From Octopus vulgaris (lineage: Eukaryota): 64,000 bases of DNA. The position numbers and the translations under genes are program-made. The notes beneath the pieces are model-generated. The model made no database searches. It was not told the origin of the DNA and saw only the letters and a list, made by a program, of their open reading frames with translations. This document shows positions 12,772 through 26,898 of this stretch, piece after piece; position 1 is the stretch's first letter, and every line of letters begins with the position of its first letter. The stretch lies in NCBI GenBank assembly GCA_951406725.2, contig OX597832.1, forward strand, positions 30,194,001 through 30,258,000. Direction: 5' to 3'.

Positions 12772-13539
12772 TTTAACGTTCTAGCTCACTTCCGCTGTTT
12801 ACAGCAGTGCTTGGGAGGAAGATGTATAGCGTGTGATCGTTGAATTGACCATGACAGAGAAAGTTGTCATGGCGGTACCTGCTCAGAGGCCTACGCTAAG
12901 TTGGAGAAAGTGTATGGAGAGGAGTTTATGAGCCGCACACAAGTGAACGAGTTGTTCAGACGGTTCTAAGAGCACGAAAAAATGTCGATATTGATGAACG
13001 TTCTGGGAGACCTGCAACCAGCAGAACTGAGAAAAACATCGCAAATGTGCGTGTAGCTGTGAGGAGAAATCGTTGAATCACCATCCGTGAGTTATCAGAA
13101 GATGTACAAATTAGTTACGGTTCAGTTCAGACCATTATCACCGAAGATTTGGGCATGAGACGCGTGTCTGCCAAGTTTGTACTAAAACCGCTTTCAGCTG
13201 ACCAAAAAGGCACTCGGGTCTCAGTTGCACAAGATCTTGATTGAGTCGAGAACGATGAAAACTTTTTGAAAACTTTGCGGAGTCCTCTTTTCAGGTATCA
13301 GCAAGGTTTTGGCAAAATTTTATGCAGATTCTCTGCTCACCTTTCTCTGTCATGGTCAATGCAATGATCACACCTTCCTTCCAAGCATTGCTGTAAGCAG
13401 CGGAAGTGAGTTAGAACATTAAAACTTAGTGCGCATGCTCAGCAGATTTCAAGGTCAATCTGTGCCAAGCGACTTCACTCTGCGTGCTTTAGCATCGTTA
13501 CTATGGCGACAGTCCGGGTACTTATTTATCAGACCACGT

Positions 13540-13540
<1 letters not shown>
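12772..13540 (+). mobile_element. mariner (Mos1/Hsmar-like) deletion derivative with inverted duplication of its 5' end
   Basis: EAYAKLEKVYGEEFMSRTQV..DERSGRPATSRTEKNI..TIRELSEDVQISYGSVQTIITEDLGMRRVSAKFV; arms 12772-12863 and 13341-13423; terminus gtccgggtacttatttatcagaccacg-TA. Confidence 0.85.
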
Positions 13541-14270
<730 letters not shown>

Positions 14271-15111
14271 CTGCATTCACCCCCACACCCCCTACACCCA
14301 TACATATCCACTTCGATTCCATAAAACACCATTAAATATGGCAATTTCATTTAGTAAAAGATGTATTATTTAACTAAAACCGTTCCTAAACCCTGGAACC
14401 TAATTATGATCTTTTTTTTTTTATTCTACGGATGCCGATAAAGACCATAATATTTCTAACTGTTTCCGGTATTGATCTGCCAAAAATATCGACAATACAT
14501 TCATTTCGTAAAAACCAAAGACTTTCAGTATTACGTTATTACATTCTTCAAAGCAAAAATCCAAAAGAGGTAAAAAAAAAAACTATATTTCCTTTATTAT
14601 ATATTTTTTTTCTCTCTTCTCTTTGTTATAAATTTCGATTTCGAAATAAGAAACCGTTTTCGCATTCTGATTTTTATTTTCCTAGATTTTGTTTTAATAA
14701 TTCTTTTTTTTGTTTTCTTTCATTAAATTAACGAGAACAAATTAGCGACATCAAGACAAAAGGATTGATGCAATCGTCAATATTTCACTATAATAAACGA
14801 TTGTAATATAATATTGCAAGATAGATTATAACTTTCCATTTCTGCAGGGAAAATAAGATTTGGAACTCGACTGGAATACACTTACCGTGATTAGATCCTC
14901 AAACTGAAAGAACTCTGGCTTTGCAATTTATTTATTATCTGAACAGAGTCTCAGAAAGTGCAGCAGAACGCCTGCCCCTGGACCCCCACAACGTAAACAC
15001 CTTCGATTATTATTGAAGCAGCCTAGTTTTTTTTAGTTTAACGGATCAATTGTTGAAAGAACGATAATGATCGAGGCATCGTCACCATTTAGAGCGACTG
15101 ATGCGGATGTT

Positions 15112-15220
15112 AATGATGATAATGATGATGATGATGATGATGATGAGGAGGAGGAGGAGGAGGAGGAGGAGGAGGAGGAGGAGGAGGGGGGGAGGAGGAG
15201 GAGGGGGAGGGAAGGAGGGA
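15112..15220. repeat. (GAT)n-(GAG)n trinucleotide / polypurine tract
   Basis: Direct inspection. Confidence 0.95.
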
Positions 15221-15776
15221 TGTTGTACTGAACAAAAAGAAATACAAACAAGACCAAAATATATATATATATATATATATATAAAAAAAAAGTATTTTTC
15301 ATACAAGAAAATTCTTGAGCAAAATAGAGAAAAAGAAAAGCCGTGATTTATTCATTTATTTGTCTATTTCTTCTTCTTCTTCTTCTGCTGTTCTTTTAAT
15401 GTAACAATCCTTTCATTCTCTAATATATTAGAATTTTCTTTTTTTTTTTTTTTTTTTTCATTTTCCTAAAATCTGCGGAACCATTCCGCAGATCGTCGCT
15501 TCCAGCAATAATGATTGGCATTACCGGAAGTTCCTTCTTGGCTGTTGGAGGTAAATTTACTGCATGAAACCAAGTGGATGTGAAAACGAAATGTTGACGG
15601 GATTTGATTGGGGGTCAAATGTGAAAAATAAAAGATATTTCCTTTGAGGAGGTGCAGAGGTGTTGGGGGAGGAAACGGAAGGTTGTGGCGTTCATTCGTT
15701 GCCCAAGGGGCATTAATGTAAGTGAAACGAATCGAAACCGTATTGAAGGCTCCGTTCTCCGTCGACCCCAGATCGA

Positions 15777-15906
15777 GGATCTTTTCCTTTTGAACGGCAC
15801 TTTTCAACACAATTTCTAGTTAACTAAACACTTTTAAACTTCGTTTACTGGTAGAATGTGTTTATAAAACATCATTTTTTCTTGGCTTTATTGAGAAAAT
15901 TCTATA
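15777..15906. mobile_element. Truncated MITE related to 62989-63103
   Basis: Starts ggatcttttc; shares aactaaacacttttaaacttcgt..actggtaga in opposite orientation. Confidence 0.65.
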
Positions 15907-18900
15907 AAGCTCCCAGATCTATCATTTGTCCCATGGAATTTAAAGGGAAAAATTTTGAACGATTCGTTTCTTTTGTCTAACTGCGAAGCCAAACCAGTTT
16001 AGTGATTGGGATTAGGGTGCTCAGGTGAGGAACTGGGCCTCAGTATATGACTGGTATATAACATATTCGTCAAAATTATGTCTTAATTGTAAATAATAAA
16101 TAATTGCATTTACTGGAACAAAGCTGACCTAGGGTTGAAAAGCAGCAACAACTGGGTAATTAAGGATTTGAAATTAGTTTGTTTTTTGTTTTTTTTTGCA
16201 TATAACAGAAAACAAATTATAGTAAAAATTATGTTAATGAAAACAATTTTTGTTTGATTGGATATTAATTATGACCGAAATTGTGAAGAAAATATTTTCT
16301 AATGAGTTTTATAGTTCCAGCGTTAATTAACTTTTCCATAATTAAAACGTCTTCCGATATTTCTATGAAGAGGAGAAGAAATTCTCCAAAAAAGAAGCGA
16401 AGTTTATTACTTACCTTCTCTTATCTTCTTGTGGTGCCAATGTTCCAGTTGCGTTGAAGTAACTTCGAATGACTGAGTGAAGGATTTTTAAGAAACACTG
16501 ATGAAGTTATCAAGGGTCTGGGCAACCCCCATCGATCCTTCAATACAAAACAATATTAAAACATTGTTCATATTAATGTCCGTGTGCGGTGTTTGTCCGT
16601 TTGATTGTTCGTTGCGACAGGTGTTGGATTCCGAAAATATTTTTAACACCCAAGGTCCTAAGTTCAGATCCCAGTGGTGTCACTTGTGCTTTTCATTCTT
16701 TACTTTTTAGCATTGATGACGATGTTGTTCAAATAAACATTGTTAGTTTTGTCTTATATACGCATGATATGTATCTATATATATGTAAACACATACGTAA
16801 GACCCTATGAAAAAACTAGGGGCCTCATGGTTACGAGAAAAACATAATGATCAGCCTGACATGGCTACGCTAATAACACTCAAACTTCCGGTTTCTTCAG
16901 ACCGAAGGATGAAGTTATGCAGCAACGCATATCAAATTCTTTTGTTTAAGCAACCAAAAACCTGTTTCTTAATCCAAGTCGACAATATTCCTGCTTTGTT
17001 GACAGCGGTGTATAATGGTTGTTGCATTGGGTGCGCGGCCACACCCAGTGCCACCAAATTTCAAGCAGGAGTATAACAAAAGTTTTCCATTAAGATTCGT
17101 GATTAAATTAACGGGCACTTTGGGGAAGTGTCTTCTACTATAGCCTCGGGCCGACCAAAGCCTTGTGAGTGGATTTAGAAGACGGAAACTGAAAGAAGCT
17201 CGTCGTATGTATCCATTCGAACTTGTTTGTATACTTGTCTCCATATATGCCAATAACGCCGTTACACAGATTGTATACATAATTTTTTCTTATTTCGTTT
17301 TTTTCCCCACCCCTCCTTCGTTCCTTTTTCTCTCTCTTCCTTTCTTTCGTTCCCCCCTTACTCAGTATATGAGAATCGCTACATACATGATTTTTAACTT
17401 GCGTGCGAGATGGTTTGCGTGAATATATGTACACATGCATTTATGTGTATATTTAGATTTATATTCATACGTCTGTATATGTATGGCGTTGGCGCGCATC
17501 CTTTCGTGTATGTTGATATATATATGCACATTTTAATAAAAATATGTATTGCACTGTAATATTTATAACAGGTTTAATTCCTATGAATTAATTTATACTT
17601 TCTTCGTTAACGTCAATATGTATTTTATTCAATGTAAGGTTTTTTCCTCGGATTTTATAATTTTTTATAAGTTTTTTTATATATATATACATATATTTTT
17701 GACCTTTTTGTTTATCGCTCGAAGATTGACCGTTTTTTTCTAAAGGGCCAATCAAACAAGTCCATTTCTTTTTAAAGGTGTAGCGTTTGTAAGAGTCTAG
17801 ATTGAATTGATATATCGGTTCCATTCTAGCAAAAACTGTCTGATGAACGGCAACGAGAAACTCTGGTGAACTAGAAATCAATTTTCTTCGTATTTGTACA
17901 GGTATGACTCGATATACTAGATAATTTTCTTTTTATTTTGTATTATTGCTATATGTATAGTTTATAAAACTATAAAAAAAAGTGTTAGATTTCTTGTTCT
18001 GTATCATGTACTCACACATATATACAAAATTAAACAAATATTACTTTATGGATTGTGCAGAAATGCGCAAAAATAAAAGGAGACCCCAATGGCCTTTTGC
18101 ATAATTCTAACCCCGCCGACCCACGAAGGGTTACAAAAGATCTTATTTCTTAGACTGGATTATATGTGTTACCATAAACATTAGATATTAGTGATACGGG
18201 TTCTAAGGACAGAGTCTCGATTTTTCTCTCTTTAAACCAATGTTTTTGTGACAATTGTATCGAATTCAATTATATTTTTGATTGGTTCTGAAATATAAGA
18301 TTTATCCCAGACTTGTTGATAGAAATATTGAATACGGAATTTACTTCATTTTCATTTTTATATAATTTAAATAGATAGATAGATACATACATACATACAT
18401 ATATACATGCACGCATGTATGCATACGTACTTACGCTCGCACATATATATGTATACCTACATACATTCGTACATACGTACGTACGTCCATACATACATAC
18501 ATGCATGCATACGTACACACGCACGCACGCACATATATATGTATACATACACACATACATACAAATATACATACATACGTACGTAAGTACATATATACAT
18601 ACATACATACACACATACATACATACACACATACACACATACTTTCATAAATACATACATACATACATACATACATACATACATACATACATACACGTAA
18701 TTAACGAGAGACGGAAGATGGAAGATGCTATCTCTCATCTTCCGTCTCTCATTAATTACCCAACGAACATTAAGCCAGTGAACTGCTTTGCCGGCAAAAC
18801 TACCGGCTGTATACCATACGATTTATTAACTATATACACATATATACGTACAGGAAGAGATGCAAAAATTCCTCCACCAGAAACACACTTGACACGAAGG

Positions 18901-18934
18901 AATGGTCGCCAACCCAAACAACCAATCGACCAAG

Positions 18935-19018
18935 CCTGCCTACGGGTCCGTCTGCCTACGGGTCCGTCTGCCTACGGGTCCGTTTGCCTACGGGTCCGCC
19001 TGCCTACGGGTCCGCCTG
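18935..19018. repeat. 16-bp GC-rich tandem repeat (ctgcctacgggtccgY) x5
   Basis: Direct inspection. Confidence 0.95.
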
Positions 19019-19069
19019 CAGCATCCTCCAGTGGAAATTGCAGGGAATCTTGAACAACTGGAGGGTGGC

Positions 19070-20880
19070 ACTTGTTAAAAGGACTAAACGTTAACTGATT
19101 AGGGAGCTATTAGATCCTTCTATGAGGCACACCGTGCAGTATATGACCCCACTCACCAAACACAAACACCTCTGCGCTCTGCCGATAGAAAAGTGGCCTC
19201 AAACACCGCTGGCCTGAACACTATGCAAGTTTTATATGGAGACACGCTCAATGCAAGCAGCATCAGTTGCCTGTATATCAGAGAAAGAGGCGCTGGTCCA
19301 TCCACCCTTCGATAGGCGAGCTCAAGGTAGCGATTGTTAAACTGGGGACTCACAAGGCTCTTGGTGTGGGTGGCAGAAGTATACAAGCATGGCAGAAACC
19401 GACTTCTTGAGAAACTCACTGACCACTTTAAATTGTGCCGGGAGAAAGGAGAAATCCCGAGCGACCTGCACAATACCATAATGGTGTCTCTGTACAAGAA
19501 CAAAGGTGTGAGGGCAGTGTGCCCCAAATACAGAGTCATAAAACTGCTTTTAATTGTAGGCAAGATTGTGGCGTGTGTTCTTGTTGAAAGACAAATTCGC
19601 ACCATCGCTGATGAAGTCCTTCACAAGAGTCAGTGTAGTTTTTGTGCCAACCGAGATGTTACAGACATTTCTCTTCTTCCAGATACAGGAGAAATGCAAA
19701 CAGAAAACACGGTGCTTTACACTGCTTCCATCGACCTAAAAAAATAAAAGGTATTTCATACGGTCAGTAGGGATGGGCTGTGGAGAATTCTGGAGCGGTT
19801 TGGTTGTCCACCAATATTCCTCCTTGTACTCGGACAGCTACCCGAGAGCCAGCGGGACAGATCAAGTACAACACTAACCTGTCGGAGTCCTTCTCCATTG
19901 AGAACAGCGTGAAACAGGGTTGTGTTCTGGCCCCGACACAATCTTCTTCAGCATGATGCTGTGGGCGGTCACGGAGGACTTACATGAGGGCATCTACATC
20001 CGTGTCTGCACTGACGGAAACATATTCAATCTTCGACGACTGCTCACACAAAGACTCTGCAGGAATTCAACCTTATCCTGCTGTCGACTGCGCTCTTCTA
20101 GCACATACAGAGGTAGCCCTCCACATAGTCTTGTCTCGCTTTGCTAAGGCAGCCAACGCCTTTCACCTCACTATCAGTCTGAAGGGAATTGAAGCGCTGC
20201 TCCAGAAACCGCCAAATGTTACAAACCGACCACTGCAGATCAGCATCAAAGGGTTTCCTCTTAACATAGACAAACATTTCACCTCGCTGGCGAGTATCAT
20301 CTCCAAAGACGCAGCCTTTGAAAAGGACGTTGATAGTTGCATTGCCGAAGCCAACACCTTTGGACATCTGCAAAAGTGTGCACAGTATCTGTCCACTAGG
20401 ACCAAAACCTACAAGGCAGTTAATCCACTACAACTCAGTTGGGTAGGCCACGTCTCATGCATGGACAAATCCACATTTCTGAAGGTTGTATTCAATGGCC
20501 ATCTCAGCCGAGGTCAAAGAAGCAGAGGAACCAGTCCCCCAACCCACGGAAGCGTTTCAAAGACCAGCTGAAACGCCAGTTGACCCAGCCGGGATAAACC
20601 CCGCGGGGTGGGATGGAGTCGCAGCACAGAGGATGAGGGGTGGCGAGATTGCATCCAGACGTCTACAAGCAGCTCTGAGAAGGCCAGGGTATCTACAGCC
20701 GATGAGAAACGTCAGAGAAGGCGAGACAAAGCTACACTCCCATCTAAGCAAAACCTACATATTTGCCCCAAGTGTGCTTAGAGCTTGTCGCTCAAGAATC
20801 GGGAATTGGTCTACAAAGCCACTTAAGAGCTTGCGACTCTTCATAATTTTCAAACACGAACAACTGCCATCGCTGCAATT
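19070..20880 (+). mobile_element. Decayed RTE (BovB-like) LINE ORF2, RT domain to C-terminus
   Basis: RSFYEAHRAVY, GEIPSDLHNTIMVSLYKNKG, SQCSF, SIDLKK, VSRDGLWRILERFGCPP, VKQGCVLAP, DGNIFNLRRL, QLSWVGHVSCM and ICPKC..CRSRIG, with frameshifts. Confidence 0.92.
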
Positions 20881-22789
20881 TGCTTCGATAATGTTCATTT
20901 AAATACTTGTTTGTTCCTTGAGTCATTTTGTTTAAAAGATGTCGATGCGCTACAAACTGCTTTCACATTCTCCTGCCATTTATTCGTCTTAAAATTTTGA
21001 ATTGATAAAAAAATTATGAAAGAATTGAAGATGATTTATCAGTGTAAACTCCTGGTGATATTTCCATTCCTAAAACTTCAGCAAAGCTGTTTTGACTTAT
21101 TTAAAAAGGAATTGAGATTTGTGAGACTCGGAATTCAAATTCCGAAATTGAAAATTTGCAGCCAGTTTAAAATTTCGTCTCACGTCTGTTGCCGTGAAAT
21201 TTCCAAAGAAAAGAAAAATCGTGTGACGGATGCATTTCTAAATAAAAGGATTCTTTCCACTTGAAGCGAATTAAATACGAACTGAGAAAAAATATCGAGG
21301 AATGTTAAAAAAAAAAAATTGAAGAAGCATTTGATTATTTATTATTTCTTAATGATTTAATCAATTTATTGATTCAATCTAAACTGTTTTTTTATATCGA
21401 TCTTTATTTAATGCTTTAAAAAATGTCTAATGTCAAAACTCATGATAACCTAACCTTGTATATAGTTGTGTGTATCTGCGGGTATGCCTCGCTTCTGTAC
21501 ACACACGTTTATATATATATGTGTGTGAGTGTCTGTGTGCGTGTGTGTGTGTGTGTGTGTGTACAGAATGTGGGTTTGTATGTGTCTATACATATGTGTA
21601 TGTCTATATGTATGCATGTTTCTGTGTGTGTGTGTGTGTGTACAGAATAAGGGTCTGTATATATGTCCATACGTATGTGTATGTCTATATGTATATATGT
21701 ATGTCTATATGTCTATATGTTGTATATATGTATATATGTATGTCTATATGTCTATATGTATGCATGTTTGTGTGTGTGTGTGTAATATGTCTCAGGATCT
21801 CTCTTAACGAACGGAGATTTGAAAGTGAATCACGAAGTGGAGGTGTTCCTGTACCGTAGCACAGACTACAACAATGTAGTGCACAGTACTGTCGCAGTGA
21901 CTATAGAATACGGTTTCGTTCGCCTCGAGACAACTGGTAACATGTGTGCGCGCGTGTGTGTGTGCGGGGGGGGGGGATAACATTGTGTATGCGTGTGTAG
22001 GTGTGTGTGTGTGTGTAGGTGTGTGTGTGTGTGTAGGTGTGTGTGTGTAGGTATAGGACTGAATTACCAAGAACTTTATTGTTAAAGCAATTAAGTTTCA
22101 ACTAGGAATGATTTCCGTTCTCTTCAAGCCAGGAACGATAATTAGGCTCGATTCCTGAAATCGTACACACACACACACACACTTACACGCACACACAGAT
22201 ACACGCAAATATATACACCGATACACACACACACACACACACCGTTTCTTCCTCTCCTTTTCGATGTCTTCTTTTCTGATTGTGTTTTAGTTGGAAGAAC
22301 GACATCGATTGAAGACGAATTAAGCAAATTTCCGTCAGTCATAAATTGACGAAGAAAATTGAAAACACACAAAAAAAAAATGGGAAAAAAAAACCCCTTG
22401 AAATTAGTTGATGGGGGTGGGGTTTGTTCGTCGCAGAAAGAACAGAGAATGGTAAATAAATAAAGGAATCAAACGGTTCTTTAGCTTTTTCAATGATTTT
22501 ATTGACTATTGTGTATTTTATTCTGGAATTGGTAAACAAACCAAATGGAGAAGAATCAGAGTCACATGTGTTGTGTAAAAGAGATCGGTGGCAGACCAAC
22601 ACCTGCTTCTGTGGAAACGGTTAACGATTCTTCTGTGTCTAATTAAACAACTGAGACTTTATTTTAATGACGGCAAGCTTCCATTGTAACGACGACATTG
22701 GAAGACAATTACGCTTCCTGCTTGATTTCCACGTCTCTTCCTTTCTGCAGTAGGTCGGCTTCTTAAAGAGAACTGGAAACCGAAGAACT

Positions 22790-23370
22790 GTGGGGAGAGA
22801 GGGGAGAGAGAGGGAGAGACAGACAAAGAGAGAAAGAGAGAGGGAAGAGAGGGGGAGAGGGAAGGGAGAGAGAGAGAGAGACAGACAAAGAGAGAAAGAG
22901 AGAGGGGGAGGGGATAGAGAGAGAGTGAGTGAGTGGGTGAAAAAGAGATTTCGGGACATTATCTAAAGATATTAAAGAATTAGAACTTTGGTCTCCGTTT
23001 TGAGAAAACAGGTCAAAGACAGTAGGTTCCACAGTCGAAGTTGGAAACTTCCAGAACTTTTCCAAAAGCCAGCATTCCGTTAAAAAAACGTATTTCGCCT
23101 TTCTGCCTGTATGTCTGTCTGCTTGTCTTCTATTTGCCTGTCTGTCTGTTTGCATGTGTCTGTCTGCTTGACTTCTGCTTGTCTGTCTGTCTGTCCGTCT
23201 GTCTACCTTCCGCTTGCCTATGTGCCAGCCTTGTTTGCCTGTTTGTCCGTCTGTCTGTTTGCATGTGTGTCTGCCTGCCTGTCTGTCCGTCTGCCTTCTC
23301 TGTCTACCTTCTGTTTGTCTGTCTGTCTGCCTTCTGTCCGCCTGCCTGCCTGTCTGTCTGCTTGCCTGTT
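22790..23370. repeat. (GA)n tract (22790-22940) and degenerate (CTGT)n tract (23100-23370)
   Basis: Direct inspection. Confidence 0.9.
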
Positions 23371-23884
23371 TTTGGTAGCACCGAAGCACAACGCTACACC
23401 CTATACTACAACGTTACCCCGTGACACACAACACACCACCACCACCACAACAACCACCAACACCACCACACTGCAACGTACTACACCACAATGTCTGTCT
23501 GTCTGTCTCGTTTATTGTCTTTTGTTTTTGTGACGAAGCAGCAAACCAGGTAAGTCTTTAACAGCAGCCGACAGGTGCAACAATGAGCGAAACGAATTGA
23601 AACTGGGAATATTCTTCGAGAGAGAGAACAAACAAAAAAAACCAAAACCTAGAACTGGTCTTCGTAGCAATGTAGCAACACCTCCAAAGAGAGAAATGGT
23701 TAGCATAGAAGACAACGACTGAGGTACCAGGAAATTAATGTCGGCTGACACACAGAAAAGAAAAAACTTCTAACAAACAAAGGAAAAATGTTTGAAAAGT
23801 TGAAAAAAACACAACAAAATGAATTGATTAAGAATATATTGATTGGTGACAAAATAGTGTCTGGGGTGAGGGGTGAGGGGTGCG

Positions 23885-24115
23885 TGCGTGTGTGTGTGTG
23901 TGTGTGAATATGTATCATTGTATGTATGCGTGTGTGTGTGTGTGTGTGTGTGTGTGAATATGTATCATTGTATGTATGCATGTGTGTGTGTGTGAATATG
24001 TATCATTGTATGTATGCGTGTGTGTGTGTGTGAATATGCATCATTGTATGTATGTGTATGTGTGAGTGTGTGTGTGTGAATATGTATCATTGTATGTATG
24101 TGTATGTGTGTGTGT
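23885..24115. repeat. Compound minisatellite: gaatatgtatcattgtatgtatg units separated by variable (GT)n
   Basis: Five copies of the ~23-bp core. Confidence 0.9.
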
Positions 24116-24484
24116 GATGTGATGAAGGCATATAGCTTAGTGCTTAGGGCGTTTGGCTCACAATCATAAGGCTGTGAGTTCGATTCTTTGTGGTGCATTG
24201 TGTCCTTAAGCAAGACACTTTATTTCATGTTGTTCCAGTCCACTCAGCCGGCAAAAATCAGTTGAACCTGTATTTTGAAGGGGTTAGTCTTGTCACTCAC
24301 TGTGTCACGCTGAATCTCCCTGAGAACTACGTTATGGGTCCACGTGTCTTTGGAGCACTCAGCCACTTGCATGTTAATTCCACAAGCAGGCTGTTCCATC
24401 GATCGGATCAACAGGAACCCTCGTCGTCGTAACTGACGGAGTGCCAGTGTGTGAGTGTGTGTGCAAGTGTATGTGAACATGTAA

Positions 24485-24551
<67 letters not shown>

Positions 24552-24807
24552 ATGACAATGAGGAAAGAGCCAAAAAAGAAGTGATCCAATTTTCAGAAAT
24601 ATGGAAACATTTTTGAAGTTACAAAGAACATTTTCCAGACAAAAGGAAACCAAGAATTTGTAACGGTGAACTGACTAGAGTTGGGGACAAAGGCATTGGA
24701 AGAGGTTACAAAAAGGCAGAGGGGATGTGCAGGATGTCATGAAAATCTGAAGACAACCAAAATGAAATTTAAATAAAACAAAACAACAAATAAAATAAAA
24801 TTAACAT

Positions 24808-24813
24808 TTTATT
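24808..24813 (-). terminator. Candidate ATP6AP2 polyadenylation signal
   Basis: AATAAA on the minus strand followed by a U/GU-rich tract (~24800->24770); other AATAAA near 24957 and 25556. Confidence 0.4.
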
Positions 24814-25651
24814 TGGAAAAAACAAAAAGTATAAACAAAATATATCACAATAAAACAAAGTGGAATTGGAACAATAGAATTGGTTTATCAGAAAGGGCAG
24901 CTGTTGTGTGGATGTGAGGGCATTCATGCTTTAACAAACATGACCCAATCCAACAATTTATTGGTTTTACAGTGGAATGTCAAACTTGAAAATATCTGAT
25001 CTTCTAACAGAAAGATCAGACCTATGTACCCCTAAATCTACCCCTAAAATTGTAGACATACCCAGTCAAACACAATATTTATCAGGAAGATTATTCTATT
25101 TGAAAGTCTAAAGTTTAATATTTGAAATAAAACACAGAAAAAATATGGAATCATGTCACAAGAAATTACTGCAACAAAAGTCAAGATTCACTGAAAAATC
25201 TTCAGAAATTAATTCCAAACTTGACGAGTTTCTAGAATACTCCACATCTCAACAATAATTTCTCACTCAAAAAACTTATTTTCATATATTTAAATCTTAA
25301 ATTTAAATACATGATTGAAATGAAATATTGCTATGAATTTGCTGCAAAAAAAAAGATTGAACTTTTGGTAGGAACAAAAAAAAATATCCTGGTTTTGATT
25401 AAAACTTATGAAATAATTAGACAATTGAGGAGTCTGAAGTTGAGTGTTTTGTGAGAGTTAATTAAGTACAGCAGAGCCTGAATAGCAACAAGAAAAATAT
25501 AAAGTTCCTGGTTAATTTGATCAATCAGTGAATTAAAACTAAACACATTAATTGATTTATTGGTCAACAGTAACGAGCAAAGATCTATTAACATGTAGGT
25601 AGAGAATTGCTGTAGAGGTAAAACAATTAAAACAACCTCACTAATAGTTTT

Positions 25652-25705
<54 letters not shown>

Positions 25706-25739
25706 CAGTAAAATAGCTGTAACAATCTTACTGATGGCT

Positions 25740-25780
<41 letters not shown>

Positions 25781-25926
25781 CATATATATTTATATATATG
25801 TATATATGTGAGCATATATATGTACATACATATATATTTATATATATATATATATGTATGTATGTATGCATATATATATGTGTGTGTATGTATGCATTTA
25901 TATATATGCATGTGCATGTATGCATT

Positions 25927-25958
<32 letters not shown>

Positions 25959-26039
25959 CGCACATACATATGCATATATATATATATCATCATTTCATTA
26001 TGATGTGTGTATGTGTGTGTATGTATGTATGTATGTATG

Positions 26040-26096
<57 letters not shown>

Positions 26097-26231
26097 CAGT
26101 AAGACAGCTTTAACAACCCCCTCACTGCTGTCAATACCGAAATATGTCCCAAGCCTCTGCAAACAAACTTTCACTCAGAAATTTCAATTCATTTTCTAAG
26201 ATGCAGAAGGAAAAAATCCCCAAATCTAGAA

Positions 26232-26429
26232 TTATTCCTTTTTCAATCGCTGGCTGGTCATTCTGTAGATAACACTGTCACGGCCTGGGTCCATGTTCCA
26301 AATGCCGTAAGATATAACGAAGAGGGCCACCATCAGCACAATCATACCCCACAGAATGATGTTGAAAATGGAAGAGTAATTGTCAGAGTAGCTTCCAACG
26401 AGGTTTAGGGTGGAATTGGATTTCGCCTC
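26232..26429 (-). CDS. ATP6AP2: ATP6AP2 exon 8 (TM helix, cytosolic tail, stop)
   Basis: ccag|EAKSNSTLNLVGSYSDNYSSIFNIILWGMIVLMVALFVISYGIWNMDPGRDSVIYRMTSQRLKKE*; WNMDPGxDSxIYRMT is the family signature. Confidence 0.98.
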   Translation of the reverse strand, partial: EAKSNSTLNLVGSYSDNYSSIFNIILWGMIVLMVALFVISYGIWNMDPGRDSVIYRMTSQRLKKE

Positions 26430-26586
26430 CTGGAATGAGAAATTTGTAAGGAATTAATCAGGGAAATTAAAAGGAGATGGGTTAAAATAGGAAAGGTATT
26501 TGGAGGGAAAATATCAATAATTCTCTAGGGTCTCCTGAAAAATGGTGAATCACATTCCATAGAGTGATGCCAATGAAATAAGCCTT

Positions 26587-26898
26587 ACTGGCACTTGGGC
26601 TGGTGGCATGTGAAACATTCGAGCGAGGTTGTCGCCAGTGCCACTGGACTGGCACCTATGCAGGTGGCACATAAAAAGCTCCATTTGGGCGTGGCCGTTG
26701 CCAGTACCACCAAACTGGCCCTCGTGCCGGTGGCATGTAAAAAGCATCCACTACACTCTCTGAGTTGTTGGCGTTAGGAATGGCATCCAGCTGTAGAAAC
26801 TCTGCCAGATCAGATTGGAGTCTGGTTCGCCAGACCTCAGTCAAAATCGTCCAACCCATGCTAGCATAGAAAGTGGACGTTAAATGATGATGATGATG
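26587..26898 (+). mobile_element. SINE-like family C (RTE-related, (GAT)n tail); other copies ~28858-29010(-), 36120-36435(+), 42235-42465(+), 42680-42858(+), 52920-53060(+), 53070-53250(-), 54283-54495(-), 54870-55100(+)
   Basis: Shared ggttggcgttaggaagggcatccagctgtagaaac...catgctagcatggaaa..ggacgttaaacgatgatg. Confidence 0.85.

Noticed and set aside
15466-15810. 114-aa minus-strand ORF
   Set aside because: Starts inside a MITE at a non-ATG codon; no recognisable domain
17824-17876. CTGATGA-acggcaacga-GAAA hammerhead-like string
   Set aside because: Only a 2-bp stem II, G at the cleavage position and no adjacent stem I; at best a dead relic
23885-24115. Repeat-spacer appearance resembling CRISPR
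   Set aside because: Spacers are (GT)n; eukaryotic context; no cas genes
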